Shown here: one piece after another, positions 43,649-44,197 of the stretch | How the letters are laid out: every line of letters begins with the position of its first letter | Position numbering within the stretch: position 1 is the first letter of the stretch | IMG/VR virus record: IMGVR_UViG_2563366948_000003 | Length of the DNA stretch: 44,197 nt | From: a virus | Lineage: Duplodnaviria; Heunggongvirae; Uroviricota; Caudoviricetes | Direction: 5' to 3' (one strand) | Translations under genes and position numbers: made by a program | The notes under the pieces: generated by a model | Told to the model about the DNA's origin: nothing | Database searches by the model: none | The model's input: the letters and a program-made list of their open reading frames with translations, nothing else

Positions 43649-44197
43649 ATGATTTACGGTTATGCCCGAGTATCAACAAACCACCAGGACACTGAATTGC
43701 AACTAACGGCGCTCAAGTCAGCGGGTTGTGAGAAAATTTTTGAAGAGCATGCCAGCGGGAGGAAATCGAATCGGCCGGTTCTAAAACGGCTGATCGCCAC
43801 TATGCAGCCGGGGGATGAACTGGTGGTCTGGAAGCTGGACAGGATAGGCCGCAACGTTCTGCATGCGCTGTTGATGTTCCAGCAGTTACAGGAAAAGGGT
43901 ATCAACTTCCGCAGTATTACCGATGGCGTGGATCTCAAAACAGCCAGCGGCCGCTATAACTTTCGTAACATCCTTTCCGCAGCACAATATGAATCTGATC
44001 TTAATAGCGAACGTACCTTAGCAGGGCTGGCCGTAGCCAGGGCAAAAGGGCGAGTTGGTGGTCGCAGGCCTAAGTTCACGGATGAGCAATGGCGGGAAAT
44101 GGGGGAGCGGATGGCAACCGGTGAATCACGACAAAGCGTATCAAAAACGTATGGAGTAGGGCTCTCAACTCTGTATAAAAAGTTTCCAGCTAGCTGA
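43649..44197 (+). CDS. pin: Serine DNA invertase (Hin/Gin/Pin/Cin family)
   Basis: MIYGYARVSTNHQDTELQ...LVVWKLDRIGR...GINFRSITD...GRVGGRRPKF...LSTLYKKFPA closely parallels Gin/Hin (recalled). AGGAGA RBS. The track ORF is over-extended upstream. Confidence 0.9.
   Translation: MIYGYARVSTNHQDTELQLTALKSAGCEKIFEEHASGRKSNRPVLKRLIATMQPGDELVVWKLDRIGRNVLHALLMFQQLQEKGINFRSITDGVDLKTASGRYNFRNILSAAQYESDLNSERTLAGLAVARAKGRVGGRRPKFTDEQWREMGERMATGESRQSVSKTYGVGLSTLYKKFPAS

Noticed and set aside
1-44197. tRNA, rRNA or tmRNA genes
   Set aside because: No region shows the cloverleaf-compatible conserved elements or lengths expected. All substantial noncoding regions are accounted for as promoters, terminators or repeats. 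No scan tool was available, so a short tRNA could have been missed.

Overview
The window is a near-complete temperate prophage of an enterobacterial host, with mosaic architecture: lambdoid early genes, a lambda-like head and a Mu-like contractile tail. Left to right: P4-type integrase and AlpA-like excisionase at the window edge; a recE/recT-like recombination module; an AT-rich accessory island carrying a three-gene hicA-hicB-third-gene operon; tandem HTH repressor-like genes divergent from a cro/ydaS-like and ydaT-like pair; lambda O/P-like replication genes with iterons inside O; a nin-like region; a terminator-bounded two-gene cassette (unknown 216-aa protein plus fused HTH/ImmA-IrrE metallopeptidase); a LexA-box-controlled dinI-like operon; NinG and a Q-like antiterminator with downstream terminators; a holin/lysozyme/Rz/Rz1 lysis cassette; moron ORFs; a heptamer repeat array upstream of Nu1-like small terminase; large terminase, portal, prohead protease, scaffold, decoration and major capsid proteins; tail sheath, tube, a -1 frameshifted tail chaperone, tape measure and baseplate genes; and an e14/Mu-G-like invertible tail-fibre segment with a Hin/Gin-family invertase. 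The strongest candidates for an undescribed or unusual system are the two-gene cassette at 14218-15952 and the translationally coupled hicA-hicB-third-gene operon at 7049-8179. All calls rest on reading the supplied translations and DNA by eye; no database search was run.
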